Positions 50,721-64,000 of a DNA stretch of 64,000 nt are shown piece after piece; within the stretch, counting starts at the first letter, position 1; the number at the start of each line of letters is the position of its first letter. The translations under genes were made by a program, and so were the position numbers. The stretch spans positions 15,659,299 through 15,723,298 of the forward strand of contig JARFYF010000036.1 of assembly GCA_030265395.1 (NCBI GenBank), written 5' to 3'. The notes beneath the pieces were generated by a model that was not told where the DNA came from, ran no database searches, and saw only the letters and a list, made by a program, of their open reading frames with translations. Source of the DNA: Rhina ancylostomus (lineage: Eukaryota).

Positions 50721-52689
50721 CCTCTAAAGGTGATGCCTTAAAGATGATTTCCCATGATGGCCCTTTGTCACACAGTTTTCACTGTTTTCATTGTGGTGTA
50801 CTCTTTGGCGAGCTGTGTGTTAGTAACACAGGTCATACACTTTGTCTTTTTAATTAAATTTCTTCCATTAAACAAACAAAACAAGCCGTGTGTATTGAAG
50901 ATGTCATTACATGCTCAAAATACAATAAGGGAAATAACATTGATGTTAGGGTAAATAGAGCCAGGAAGTATCCAATCCATTGAACAGTGTTTCACTAGGA
51001 AATGTGCTACAAAATGCGCCTTTAATTGTTCACTTTGTGCAATTAAAGCTCAAGAAGCAGGCATAAGTAAATTTCCTCCACTCCAGTTTCCAGGTAATTG
51101 TTCCCTTGGGAAAGAAGGGAAACAGTGTGCTTGCTGTCCTTTCTTGCCACCCAGACAAAGAGGTGATTACTGTTCTCTGATTAATTATTCCTCCTTAGGG
51201 GTAGAGTATGTAGCTTTCACTTGTATAGGGCAGGATGTAAGTGTCTGGCAAGATCAGTCTCTTTTCCCGAAAAGTAATGAAACCATATGATGAAGCCACT
51301 TTAACTGGATCCAAATGGATTTCTAGATTTGCATGATTTCTTAACAACCTGCACTAGATTCAAATTTAATGGTAGTAATGCAAATAATGCAGGCGTGATA
51401 ACATTTTTTTTGTAAATATTGAAATAACCTATCTCTCCAGGGATGGAGTAATTTTAATTTTTGTACTAATTCATGATAATAGGATTTGATTAGTTTTCTA
51501 CAACAAATTAGCTCAAGTATGAAATATACTTCAGTTGCAGATTCTTTATTTCACTTTATAAATCTGGTCTAATTTAAGGTTTTGGTTTACCAGTTTTAAA
51601 TCAAACTGGAAAGGAATGCTGTATCTAATCAACTGCTTAACACAAGCCTAGTCTTCAAGCCTTTGTGTTTTGTTAGTTGTAATGAACAGCAGTTAAAGAT
51701 TCGAACTTTAATATTTGAAAAAAAAATTTCTACAATGTGTCTGGGAGATGTCACTGTAGTAATTATTGCAGAATAAAGTCTACCTTTAAGCCAACCATTA
51801 ATCAGTAAACCGAACAGGCTGTATAATTATAGAATAATTCTGACAATCTGTAGCCACAGACGTGGAAAGTTCCTAAAATTAAAACAGCGTTTTAAAAGTT
51901 AGAGCAGTCGGTCATCATAGTGAGGGGAAAGTCCTTATCTAACGTCTTGTTTTGGATTGTGCTTGTTTGCATCACTATTTGACACAAATCTATACTGAAT
52001 TTTTTTAGTGTAGGCAGAATCTATCTACATCAGATAAGGGACTGATAAGCAATAAAACCCTTTCCCCAACCAACAGTACAGGATGTCTCACATCAAGTTT
52101 TAACTTTCAGCATTATTGTACAATTTAAAGTAACTGGTGATGCATTCAGATAAATTATTTATTTGCTAAAATACCACAGAAGCTTAAAATGAGTACTGTA
52201 GGTTTTAACTGCTGTTCGCACTCTGTGGCAGAAGATGTGAAAGTTTTACCATTTTAAAAGTCTCTGTATGTTTTAGAAGCTATAGATGAGGAAATAAATT
52301 GGAGAGCTTCATTGTTAATTCACTACTTCCATGATTTTACACAAATTCTCTGTAGTTTTGAACAATTCTTGTCAAAATAATTTCATGCTTGGTACAGAAC
52401 AACAGTAGTGGAACAGTTGCTCCTGTTTTAAAATTCAGTCAGTGAAAATAAAGTTCCATCCAGAATATTCTGTTATGCATTCTGTGAACTTTATGATTTG
52501 GTGCAAAATTACAAGACCAGTTAGAAGTAACAAGAAGTAAACTGTTAAAATGAGCCCTCTGCATTGGTGCTGTACCACAAAACTACACAGCAGGCCTGAC
52601 ATCAAGCTATGCTTGGTACAGCATCGCAGTTACAGCTTTCTCTAACATAGGGTTGTCCATAATGAGGACCAAAAACCACTTTTACCCCT

Positions 52690-53320
52690 TTAGCATTGGT
52701 ATTCCAGCCTTGAATTCGGTCTTATGTGCACTAATATTTCATATCTTTTTGCCTGATATTCTCATTATGCATTTGGGACCTGGGGTTCATACACAAAGAC
52801 TTAAAGTGCAAGAGCAGGGAAGTTATATCGAATTTATATAAAGGGTCTCAGAAAGGGTGAAGAAATGATTTATTGGACTGGTTCCAGGGATGAGAAGTTT
52901 CACCTTTAAGTTCGACTGGAAGAGCTGGGATTGTTCTTCTAGGAGTAAGGGAGATTTGAGATGAAATTTGACAGAGGTGAAGAAGGTCATGGCTGATTTT
53001 GATAGAGTAAATAGAAGAAAACTTTGTGTAGCAACTGGTTAAGATTGAGGGTTACAGATTTCAAGTTTTGACCAACAGATAGAAAGAAGCTGTGAGGTAA
53101 AACATTTTTTAATACAAAAAGTAGTTATAGTCTGAAACTCAGTGACTACAGGGGTGGAGGAAATTTTGGGCTTTCAAAAGGGAATTTGATTGGTAGGTAA
53201 GAGTGGATAACATGCAGCATTATGGGAAAACAGCAGGGGTAATGGGGCTGATGGGATTGCTAGGAGCTGATGGATGCTCAATAGGCTTCCTTTTATGCTG
53301 TAAACAATTCTATAATTCTA
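52690..53320 (+). mobile_element. Old CR1 3' end
   Basis: gaaatgatttattggactggttccagggatgag...gagctgggattgttct...ggcttccttttatgctgtaaacaattctataattcta. Confidence 0.7.
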
Positions 53321-53664
53321 CACGAGACTTAATATGCAAACAAATGGGATCATGAATTTAATGTTTGTGTGAGAGCTTTGACGTCTATAATCTATTCACA
53401 TGGCCTACAAAGACAAACAAAGTCTTTGTGCTTGTCTGTAGTGAACCTAAGCCACGCAAGGGAGTGACAGTACACTATTACTTCTGAGTTTTATATTTTC
53501 ATAAAACACATCATCAGTCATATTCCCTGGTTAGGAATAGATATCGTTCTTTAGGAAAAACACATCACTGTCATTTATTTCTAACTCCAGATTGCCCTTG
53601 AGAGGTTGATGATGAGGCTTTTATTTGAACCACTGCAGTCATGTAGTCAAAGTAATTGACTTTG

Positions 53665-54535
53665 TATGCAGACAACTCTTGCATTTGCTCATGTTTGGAG
53701 GCTGAGCTCCAAATCATCATTGGATGTTCACTGAAACAGACAAAGGAATGGGCCTTACATCCAACAGCTGCAAAATGAATCTTCCAGCAACCTGTTTCTA
53801 CTGCACGTCACCCTTTGAAAATTGACGTTCATGGCAAGATTCTGGAATATGTGGACCACATCCTATATCTCAGCAGCAAAGGCAGACATTGATCATGTAA
53901 TTCGACACTAGAAAAGAGTGTTTTGAGATCAAGACCTCAAACCCAGCAGAAAGCTCATAGTCAGTGAACCTCTGCTTTCCTATATGCTTCTGAGACATGG
54001 ACTACCAAAATTCAGGAGAGATACCACCAACTCTGTCTGCAAAATTCCTCACAGGATAAATGAAGCAACTTCATTGACCTCTCACAGGTTGCCATCCCCA
54101 GCATTGAGGCTCTTATTTCACTCGGTGGGTTACCTTGGGCAGTCACATCATTCGCATGCTTTGTCAGAGAAAGAGATTACCAGTTGGCCAGGGAAAAATA
54201 ACGCAAGGATGTTCTCAAAGCGTCCTTGAAAGAAAATGTAACATCCCCACTGATTCCGAGGAACTCCTGGCCAATGATTGCTCAAAATAAAGAGAATATA
54301 TTTGCAACGGTATCGTGTCCATACATCAGAGGTAGAAGGAATCCCAGCATAAACAGTGGAAGAAGTGGATTCACCTCACAAACAACCCACCCACCCATTC
54401 CCTCAGGCCTCTTCTGCCACATCTGTGGAAGAATCTACAATGTCCACATTGGCCTCCTCATTCATGTCAGAAATCAAAAAATCAGAGTGGAAGTAAGTTA
54501 TCCTTCATCACAAGGAACTGTCCACAAAGATGAAG
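53665..54535 (+). mobile_element. RTE-clade (BovB-like) LINE 3' portion, degenerate
   Basis: tatgcagacaac (YADD-like), YASETW, and a C-terminal zinc-finger-like CHICGRIYNVHIGLLIH. Confidence 0.8.
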
Positions 54536-54984
54536 AAATGTACTCTTACAGTGCAGTTGAGTAAATGGTTAAGGATTTTGACCCAGCAGAGATGAAGATT
54601 GTTTTGGTTGATAACATGGACGATGAAGATTATTTTTGGTTGAAGATGTGATCTAAATTAATCATAAAACCGATGTCATTCAAGAGCATTTGTGTTTCTT
54701 CTGCATTTCCTGATTGCAATTCACTTTAAAATGAAGTCAAATGAGATACTGTACTGGAAGTATTGGAAATGAAAACAGGAAATCTGGAAGCAAAAACAAT
54801 GGTTGGTTTGCCCTCAATTACAACACAGAAAGTGCCTGTAAAGCCCAATAAAGAAAAATGAGAGAAGGGCTCTTGGAGAGCACAAACAATGATATTGACT
54901 AGTTGGCCAAATGCCTGTTTTAATGCAGTGAATGTGTAACAGGCCTGTGTGGAGCAAGTGGTGCGAAGCAGGGTATCAGTTTGC

Positions 54985-55325
54985 AATGTCAACTACTTGT
55001 TCTCTCCACAGACTCTGGCTGATCTGTTGTGTGTTTCCAGCATGTTCTGTTTTCACTACAAGACTTTTTCTTTAAAATGATCCAAGAAAGATTATACAAT
55101 ATGTATTAAATTAAACAAAAACGAATTCCTGCTCTAACAACATGAGATAAATTTCCCATCATCAAAATTTATGTATATCTTCCAGAACAAGAGTTGTTTG
55201 CCTGTTATTTTTAAGAGGAAGTACCATGTCAAGCAGGCTTTTGATTCAATACGTCGACAATACCTTTCCTCCCACAGATGCTGCTTGACCTGCTGAGTTC
55301 TTTCAGCAGGCTATTTGTTGCTACA
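54985..55325 (+). mobile_element. Two decayed Penelope-derived tails (~54985-55035 and ~55235-55325)
   Basis: ctctccacagactctggctgatctgttg..ttccagcat and acgtcgac..cccacagatgctgcttgacctgctgagttc. Confidence 0.6.
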
Positions 55326-56394
55326 GTGTTAAGTGTTCAAGTGTGAACTCTGCCATAGCAACATATCTACCAATTCAAATCTTAATTCCTGATACAATTG
55401 CTTATAGAAGTCATCTATTTAAAGGTTCAAAATCCTGAACTCATAGTTCAAAAGCATTTCCATCCATAAGACAGTTTGCCAGGTGCCATGATCATGTTAG
55501 AGAGAATAGGTTACAGGGAAATAAGTGAGCGAATTGGAATGAGGAGGACACACTGAGAGGCAGCATAGACAGGGAGATATAAGACGTAGGAGTGGGCGTA
55601 GTTGCTCATGTATCATGGTTTGTTGAGGTAGAGGTTGTGAGGAGACACTGTGTCATTGCTGCTGCAAATTTAAGGCAATTGATTGCATTTTAAAACAAAA
55701 ACTAAGACATTTGTCACGGAAGAAACACGGGGTGGATGGCAACACTGAAGCTGTCCAGAGTGTCAGACAGAGACAAGTTCCCTTTGTGTAATCACTGATC
55801 ATCCCATCATTTTACTGCTGAATACATTGGTCTACAGGAAGTGCATAGTATTCAAGGAAAGAAGTTGTGTTTGTACAGCTTAATCTCATCAGGAGAAAAG
55901 TTTTTACAACTGGTGCAAATTTTTAGCTGAAGCTTCTTTGCATAGAATTTGCCTATTACCTTTTACNNNNNNNNNNNNNNNNNNNNNNNNNNNNNNNNNN
56001 NNNNNNNNNNNNNNNNNNNNNNNNNNNNNNNNNNNNNNNNNNNNNNNNNNNNNNNNNNNNNNNNNNNNNNNNNNNNNNNNNNNNNNNNNNNNNNNNNNNN
56101 NNNNNNNNNNNAAGGAGGAGTTAACAATATATTTGGACTGCCGATAAAAGCTTAGAAAAGTAGTGGCGTATTCGCAAAAATCCATCACCTTTTGTTATTG
56201 TGCATGCAGAGTGTTCACTAAATTATTAACCAGGTGGTGCGTACAAATCCATTTCAAACCTGATCTAGTAATACAATTTTCAAAATTCATTGTTTCCAAT
56301 TTTTATTCAACTTTTTCTTTTCCAACCTCCACCCTTCCCCCCATCCAGTTGATATGTGAACCTTTTCATTTCTCCTCTTTGCCTTCCCATTACA

Positions 56395-56790
56395 ATCATA
56401 TAGTGGTTGCTTTATTGAACTAGTAACTCAGAGGAAGCAAGATCAGATTTCATTATGGCTGGATGAGAACTTGAAATCAGTTTTTAAAATCAACAAATAA
56501 GTGAGTAATGATGCAGCTGTTGGTCATAAAACCCATCTGGTTCACTAATATCGTTTTGGGATGCTAACTTGTTCTCCTTATCTAGTCTTGTGTGAATGTG
56601 ATTCCAGATCACATTCTACTGCAAGCAGACAACTTAATTGTTATCAGATCACTATAAAGAATTGTGGTTCAAGAAGAGGGCATCGCCCACAATCCAGCCC
56701 CCGCCTTTCTTTGTCTTCTCTGGGAATCAGGGCTGGGTAGGAAATGTCAGTCACACCAGCAATGCCTGCATACTAAAAATAAATACATTT
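56395..56790 (+). mobile_element. Old tRNA-derived SINE
   Basis: aaaacccatctggttcactaat...tccagatcac...cagggctgggtaggaaatg...ccagcaatgcctgcat. Same family as 24820-25175. Confidence 0.6.
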
Positions 56791-56928
56791 TTTAATTCTC
56801 TCCTTTATTTGCATTTTTTCTGACTCACATATTTCCATCTCTTTCTTAAATGATTCAACTTACTCATTACTCCTGCGTCCATTCTCTCATGATCTTCAGA
56901 CTTTCCTATTACAATTTCCCTATTACAA

Positions 56929-57200
56929 GGGCAGCATGGTAGTGTAGTGGTTAGCGTTACGCTACGACAGCACCCAGTGATCGGGGTTCGATTCCCTTCG
57001 GTGTCTGTAAGGAATTTGTACCTTCTCCCGTGTCTGCGTGGGTTTCCTCTGGGTGCTCCGGTTTCCTCCCACATTCCAAAGATGTACGGATAGGTTAACA
57101 TGGCTTTAAAAATAGGCGCCACGGACTCATTGGACTGGAAGGGCCTGTTACCACACTGTAAATAAAATATTTTTTTAAATTTAAAAAATTTAAAATTTAA
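56929..57200 (+). mobile_element. Near full-length V-SINE (HE1-like)
   Basis: A/B boxes, V-domain gggtttcctctgggtgctccggtttcctcccacattccaaaga, CR1-type tail and AT-rich end. Confidence 0.9.
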
Positions 57201-57869
57201 TTTTTCTTATTGCATAACTCTCTCACTCTCAGTCTCCCTCTCTCTCCCCCCCAACTCTCTCAATTCCCTTTTCATTGTCCTCTCCCAGTTCCATTTTTCT
57301 TTCTTCTTCTCTTAAATCTTCCATCTCCATGATTCCCACTTCAGCCCTTTCCACTCATTTGGATTGTAAAAATGTGCATGAGGTCATTTTGGACACCTGG
57401 TCCACTTGCCACAGTTCCACACCTGGCCCTCTCATGCACGCAGTACAACCTCTCCCAGCCCAATGCCCCCTGCCCACTGCCCCCACCCCCCCTCCACCGT
57501 CAACATGACTATCCCAGGAGCAATCCCCACAATCCCCATTCGCAGTCCTCTCACCCGTTACCTCAAATGGCAATCACCCGACTCCCTTCACGGTATTGAT
57601 CTGCCAATCATCTCCCTCCTTCACCATCCACCATGACTGATCTGCTCTCATCCAACATCAATCATTCTGACTATTGACACCCAGTATTAACAATCCCCTC
57701 CCAGTTTGGCAGCTGGACCTACCATTTTCCCTGGATTGCTCTTTATACCAATCTACAATATCTACAAGGATCCTTCAACTGACCCCTGTCCATGGATCCC
57801 TCTTATAATCTATGCTAAAGCTCCCCCTCCCCCAATGATCCCTGCTCAAGGACTCCTCTATTAGTCCTG

Positions 57870-58067
57870 ACCTAAACCACACTTAGAGTACTGTGTTTAG
57901 TTCTGGTTGCCTCATTATAGGAAGGATGTGGAAGCTTTAGAGAGGGTGCAGATGAGATGTCAGAGGGAAGTGTTAGATTGATTGTGAAGTAGATTTATTT
58001 TGGTCAGCACAACATCGTAGGCTGAAGGGCCTGTACTGTGCTGTACTGTTCTGTGTTCTATGTTCTA
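57870..58067 (+). mobile_element. Internally deleted CR1 3' element
   Basis: PHLEYCV.FWLPHYRKDVEALERVQ is joined almost directly to the terminal gaagggcctgtactgtgctgtactgttctgtgttctatgttcta. Confidence 0.85.
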
Positions 58068-58099
58068 AACCCTCTGGCCTGTCAATCCCACTTGTGAGT

Positions 58100-58398
58100 C
58101 CCTGTAAAACATGAACCACTTTCCATATCTCAGGAGCCATCTATCAGTGAAGGCATTCATCAAAGATGAAATTTACTGCTGTCTCTGGTACATCAGCACA
58201 GCCTTTGGCTGTCTGAGGAAAAGAAAATTCAAAGATCAAGACTTCAAACGTGGCAGAATGCTCATGGTCTACGGAGCAGCAATGATCCCTGTCCTCCTGT
58301 ACAACTCAGAAACATGGATTAAACCAGGCACCTCAAAGCATTGGAGAGGAACAACCAAAGTTCTCTCTGTAAAATCCTCCAAATCTACTGGCAGGTAA
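58100..58398 (+). mobile_element. RTE-clade LINE fragment
   Basis: HFPYLRSHLS...DEI...STAFGCLRKR...VYGAAMIPVLLYNSETW, the typical RTE post-RT region. Confidence 0.85.
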
Positions 58399-59235
58399 AA
58401 GAACTCTGAAAGTGACCTTTAGGCACTTTTCAAAGAAGCTGTGATGTTTGGCATAGAGAGCCCTGGGCCTGGCTCTTTGTACATAAGAAGATTGCCTTCC
58501 AAAGGGCAGGTGGAGATTTTGACATAGATGTTCAAAAATGGCAGAGGCATCAGCAAGCTGGCATACTAGATCAGTGCCATTTTCTGGTAGGTTCCAGATA
58601 TTAGCAGTATCCAGGCATTTTTGATGGATGTTTGATTTCTGGCATAAAATCTTGAGGACAATTTGAATAAATATACAAAGTTAATGATTGAGAGTTAGTC
58701 TCCATGCTCTGATCAATACATACTTTGAACAATACAGAAATATGTATCTGTATGTTTGGGCCTATCCGTAACTGTTTACTGAGTGATGTTGTCTATTTAG
58801 AACATTGTAAATTGTTTTTGACATTCCAATACCTTTGCCAAGATCATTAATAAATGAGAACAGCAAGCACTGTAGATTTTACAAGTGACTCATGCTCTAA
58901 TTTTCCTGTTGGCAGGAAGCACCTGACTTCTGTCATAAACTTTGGCTGAGATTGGGGTCTCTCCAAATACAGAATTTAGAAAGGAAAAGAATTGTCAGCT
59001 TACTTCAACCAGTTTAATGAACAGAGAATTGGGATAGGAGAAAATCATCTAGCCTGATGCCCTTACATTTATTGACTTAAAAGGCTATTAAAAATCCCCA
59101 GGCAAAATATGAAAATTTACCTGTAAGCATCCTTGTTGCCACAGAATTAAAGACTGCAGCATCTCTTCTATAAATAGGCAATCTGTGCCTCTAAATTTTT
59201 CCATACCCAGCAGCAGTAAATGTGTCAATAGTACT

Positions 59236-59486
59236 GAGTCAGAATCAGGTTAATTATCACTATCTTTTATAATGTGAAATCAGTTGCTTTGTGGCAGCAG
59301 TATAGTGCAAAAGCATAAAATTACTCTGAAATACAAAATAAATAAATAGTCCAAAAAAAAGGAATAATGAGGCAGTGTTCATGGGTTCACGGACTGTTCA
59401 GAAATCTGATGGCAGAGGTGAGGAAGCTGTTTCTGAATCGTTGAGTGTGGATCTTCAGGCTCCTGTACCTCCTCCCTGATAGTAGT
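59236..59486 (-). mobile_element. Rex1-clade LINE 3' end
   Basis: Reverse complement encodes LLSGRRYRSLKIHTQRFRNSFLTSAIRFLN, followed by the 3' UTR and a cctgattctga tail. Confidence 0.85.
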
Positions 59487-61121
59487 GGGCTGAGTCTACA
59501 ACCTCTGAAATTTAATTCTGTTGAAGTCAATGGAATGGAAATTCAATTCCCATGTTGGAGTCAGAGGACAACACATTGATACCACTATATAGCATTTTAC
59601 CACAATGGACCAGCAATACATTTGAAACAATAGAACTTAAACTTTCTCCAATAACAAATAATTATTGCATCACAATGTTTCAAGCAAGCTGTTCTTGGTT
59701 TCCCCAGTGTCTATAGGTTCTTTATATTGCTTTTTAGGAAGGCAAAGAACAAAAATAGAGGCTCCAACCAAGCATCCCTTATTGATGGCAAACAACACTT
59801 AAATAACAGTGGTGCCTAACACAGCGATGTGTCAGAAGTTATAGTTATACAACATAGTACACATCATTCCTGAAGGTGTACAGACACTCATTATACTGTA
59901 TATTCTCTATAATTTTTCAATAGGCCACACATAACAAAGTATTTTTGAAAATCTCTGTTGCCCCATGAATAAACTTTGATATTTGTTCCCCATGACATTA
60001 ACTATAACTTTCTGCTGCCCTAGTGAATTCTAACCCTCCATAAGAAGAGAGCATTTCCGTTGATAAATCATGCATTGAAATGTCAGTAATTCCATATATT
60101 GAATTTTTTAAAGTTCACCGTTGCACTTCCACAACATGCGCATACATCTTCCCGCAATATTTTGTAAGTCTTTTCATAGTATGCAATCCACTTGAACTGA
60201 TTATGGTTTTGAGAAATTTGCACCAGAAAGTTCACACCATTTCTTTGAAACTCCCCAATACCAAAATGTAATTGAGCTGACAACAGGTCTCTGTGGTTGT
60301 GTATGTTTACCTATAGCAGGTGAGGAAATGAGGCCATCTGAGAACTTTCACCCACATTTTTCATCTTCAAGTTATTAATAGATTGAGGGGGCAACTAAAC
60401 TTTCCATTTACTCACAGCTATCATTTCCTCGTTTAGCACAAGGGGCAGGAAGTTATAGAAAAACACTCTGAAGCCTGAGCTAGACAAAATGGAAGACAAA
60501 ACTTTCACTACCTTCTGGAATCACACTGTAAATGTCCATTCTGTGTGCCTCTGTTTTACAAATACAGTTTTCGCAAATATATGAAGTTCAAAGTGGATCA
60601 ATGAATTTGAGATAATTGCACACTTTGAAAATGTGAATCTATTTTTCATTGTGGTTCTCTTGGTTCCTGACAGGCAGGTCTGATACAAAATATTGTAAGA
60701 TCCTGATCCTAAATCTGAACCGTTACTTTACTTAGACAGTGATGAGTGCACAAGCATGTTTTTATTGTGGTTTTCAGCCCACATTCTGGCCCAAAGCAAA
60801 AACCAATGCAATAATTGGATAGTTGTCTATTAAAAATGTTGAAAAGTGCATGCTTCTCATTAATTGCCACCTCCCAATCACTGCGCAGGTGCCAGTGTTA
60901 CTTTTGAATTTATTGTCTACCTTTTCTGGTTAACTTTCACAGGTGCCTGCAATTGTGTTTTTATTTAGCTAACTGAACTTGTTAGGAATTTTATCATATC
61001 ACTGAATGTTTTGACATGTTCTCTTGGAGGAGACTTAGAATTGTGCGCGATTTACTTGTTATGTTACATTTTTTTAAATTGCGAATTTGGCAATTTGATA
61101 TTATGTTTCTTTTTTTTGCAG

Positions 61122-61177
61122 TTAATGAAATTATAAGAAAAGATCTTTCTGCAGTCACTGTGCGAAGCCAGTCGTAG
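61122..61177 (+). CDS. NFATC2: NFATC2 terminal coding exon: (V)NEIIRKDLSAVTVRSQS*
   Basis: Strong acceptor tttcttttttttgcag. Splicing from 12600 rebuilds the conserved NFAT C-terminal motif YLDDVNEIIR. TAG at 61175-61177. Confidence 0.93.
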
Positions 61178-64000
61178 ACCCAGCAAATTTACAATGGACA
61201 CTTGCATAATCTTGGAAATTTTCTACACTTCCAGTGGCGTCCTCAGTGTATCAATAGGTCAGCTGTAAGGTTCACATTCAGCTGCACAGAACAATATGCT
61301 GGCAAGGAGTTGGTTTCTCTGACTAATCACCATGGGAACTTTCACCATGTCAATTTCAACTCACAAATTTTCAACATTGTTTCCATTCATACAGTGTATA
61401 TATTGTGTCCAATAACTGTATTTTCATTTTACACTTGTACACTTTTATTAATTTAGATCACACCCATTTCCAGTGAAATTTGCAAAGAACTGAACTTCAG
61501 ACCCCTCCACTGGAAACCTGAGTTAATTTTAAGCTCTTCTTATTATCTTCTTTAACTACAAGGACCACAAGTACCTTTGCAATCATGTTCACAGAATAGA
61601 CATGGCTTGAAGTCAAAATGAAATGTGCTGGTATGAAAAAGCTGGTTGACTGCAAGAATGTGCATCACTGCCGCTTTGACATCCCAGATAAAATACATTT
61701 TTATTTTATTTGCCAGGCTGCAACTCCCAGTTTTGTGCAACAATTTATTGATTTATATTGAACATGGGTAACTGGTAAATGATCAGCAGGAGCATAAAGT
61801 TTCTATCAAACCAAGTAAGTTATTTTATGTCCAGCAGTTTAAAGAGTACAGCTAGAATCAATATGCTCTGTTGAAGCTCAAGGTTTCTTTCTGACATATT
61901 CTGGGATGTTGTTAATATAACTCTGATATAAAATAATCTCAGAAGACTAAGGTAAAACAAGTGTAGAATTCAAGAATAACTAATGCATGCTGATTTACTT
62001 AACCAACATCTTAGGTCATTGCAGATCTAATTGTTAATATCTCAAGCTTTGAAGAGTAAGTCTTTTCTATGTATAACTTGTTTTCCCGTTATAGAATATA
62101 ATAGTTCAACCACATACATAAATAACAAAAAAAATCCTTTTGCTATTTCAAGAAATGCTGCCATTGTGTTAGCAGTTCTAGATAACAATCAAATCTTTTT
62201 TTAAATAAAGTCTGAGAATGAAGCTATTTTCTATGTTTTCAAAAGGAATCAACGTAATTTTAAATATATATTAACATATCTGGTGTACATGTTGTTTGTC
62301 AATTCCTTAAAGTTAATATTGTGATCAGAGTACAAACTTCTCTACTGCCAAGGTGAAATTCCACTGTTTGGAGTTTAATCAGGCTTGCTGAAAGACACAA
62401 CACAACCAGCTGTATAAAGCAGGTTAAATATTTTTACATTTTTATCATTAATTTCTTCTTGGACATGTAGTTGCAATTTTGTCCTGATAACTAGTAACTG
62501 ATTACAAAGTATCAGGATTATTCCTTTTGTAGCCATTTTTAGCTGAATGGTTTTGAATTAATAAAGCTTTAACCAGTCTTTTCCCCTTAACTAATTGGGT
62601 GATGCAAATTTTGAGGCATCCAAGTCTGCGCACCATCCTTGGGATATATTTCCTGACACCTAGGTTCTAGAACAAAATACTGTTACAGTCTGGATGGGAA
62701 TCATTAATATTGGCATTAATATTGGCAGTGGCAATCTTAGTGATAGATTAAAAATTTCAAGTATTTTGTGCCTAATGAATGAGAATTTGGGATTAATTAT
62801 TATTGAGATTGCTGAAATGTTTCCATTCAATGTTTGGAATACTTTTGATGGCATACTGATTTCAAATCTTGTAAATCCAGTGACCCACTTTGTTGTTGCA
62901 TACCACAGATGCCATGCCAGTCACTCAAAATTACAAGAACATTTGTCGTACTTTGTGATGAACCAGAAGACCCATGTATCTGTGCTACTTAAATTATCCT
63001 CATGTTTCTTGCACAGTTGGAGCTGTACTTATTGAATTTAATCCCAACTGATGGGGTGGAAAAATGCATAGCAGAAGTAGATTTAAATATTATAACTATT
63101 AACTTGTTATTATTAACTGCCATTTTGTGGGGCCATAAATTATTATCAACCTTATGGTACTATAAATGAAATGAAACTGGATGGGAGCTTAGACTTGGGT
63201 GTCATAATGTTTCACATTTTACATTTCCATAAAGAAAGGGCTTTTTGTATCCTATAATTTGCTAAAAACTATAAAAAGATTCATAAGTATTCCTGGTTCC
63301 TATAAGAAAGCAATATTATGAGAAGCCCCAAGCAAAAGGACTGGTTTGTAATCTGGTGCCTCATAAGAAATCATTCAGCGGTGCATCTTCCTACAAATAC
63401 TTTTGCTTTATAAATAGGTACAGTAAACTTTAGTCACANNNNNNNNNNTCACAACACCTATGATTTCAAAATGTTTTATTGATGCATTGAATGTAGAAAG
63501 CCCAATTGTGGTTTTTATATAGATGAATTTATTTTAGTTTTGTATTAAACTTATATTTAGCTTGCTTAAATTCTGAATGCTTCTTACCATATTTTCATTC
63601 CATAATAACAAATTATAAATGGTTTGTTAGACAGTGTTTCACATATTATGTAGTCAAGCATGAATTCTGCCAACTGATGTAAATAGCTTGTAAGGTAGGG
63701 ATCAGAAATGAGAAGTCTTTAAATGTGATGGAATATAGAGATAGGGATGGCATCTTCTAATATTACATTGTAGACACATTATTTTCTTGCCCCTTTCAAA
63801 AATCACATTTATTTACTGCCAAGGGATAATTGGTTCATGGATTATATCTGTGTCAAGGAATCTTCTTTAAAGATATTTTTCCTGCTTATTACTTATGAAC
63901 AATGGAGAGAACAAATCTCCTAGTTTTTGCTTTTAAGCTTGCTGTTGCCTGATCATCTATATTTAATCTTGATCTCTTATTTCATATCAGAGTTAAAATA
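61178..64000 (+). other. NFATC2: Probable NFATC2 3' UTR (AU-rich, repeat-poor); candidate AATAAA signals at 62204-62209 and 62560-62565; true end unknown
   Basis: Follows the stop codon. Several ATTTA/TGTA motifs and no recognisable transposons. Confidence 0.55.

Larger units (their letters stand above)
12601..61121 (+). other. NFATC2: Last intron of NFATC2 (~48.5 kb including assembly gaps)
   Basis: GT donor at 12601 and AG acceptor at 61120-61121. No other recognisable NFAT coding exon lies between them. Confidence 0.85.

Noticed and set aside
54400-54480. C2H2-like zinc finger CHICGR...H
   Set aside because: It is the C-terminus of a decayed RTE LINE, not a host gene.
54590-54646. Short tandem duplication gatgaagatt.ttttggttga
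   Set aside because: Only two copies, an ordinary micro-duplication. It is not an array, and no CRISPR-like structure exists in the window.
60915-60968. Additional acceptor-like ctttcacag at 60942
   Set aside because: It would give GACNCVFI* with no NFAT similarity. Such motifs are frequent in AT-rich introns.
62694-63035. 113-aa ORF downstream of the gene
   Set aside because: No recognisable domain. It is low-complexity, AT-rich probable 3' UTR.

Overview
AT-rich, gapped vertebrate genomic DNA. The repeat content (HE1-like V-SINEs, CR1/HER1, Rex1, RTE, L2, Deu-type SINEs, Penelope-derived palindromes) points to a cartilaginous fish; this is an inference. The window holds the 3' part of one plus-strand gene, NFATC2 (NFAT1). 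Four coding exons are visible (8300-8355, 9095-9224, 11755-12600, 61122-61177), with canonical GT-AG boundaries and compatible phases. They encode the end of the Rel-homology/IPT domain, the KRKR NLS and the C-terminal transactivation region. A ~48.5-kb last intron and the start of the 3' UTR follow. Nearly all other predicted ORFs are spurious or retroelement remnants. The most interesting signals are: minimal hammerhead-ribozyme motifs in Penelope-derived intronic repeats; a five-copy SP-repeat expansion in the large exon; a possible intronic-polyadenylation short isoform; candidate recursive or micro-exon splice sites; inverted SINE pairs; and repeat-free, motif-rich intronic blocks. I found no clearly new protein-coding system. 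Repeat family names and comparisons with human NFAT proteins come from recall, not database searches, and repeat boundaries are approximate.
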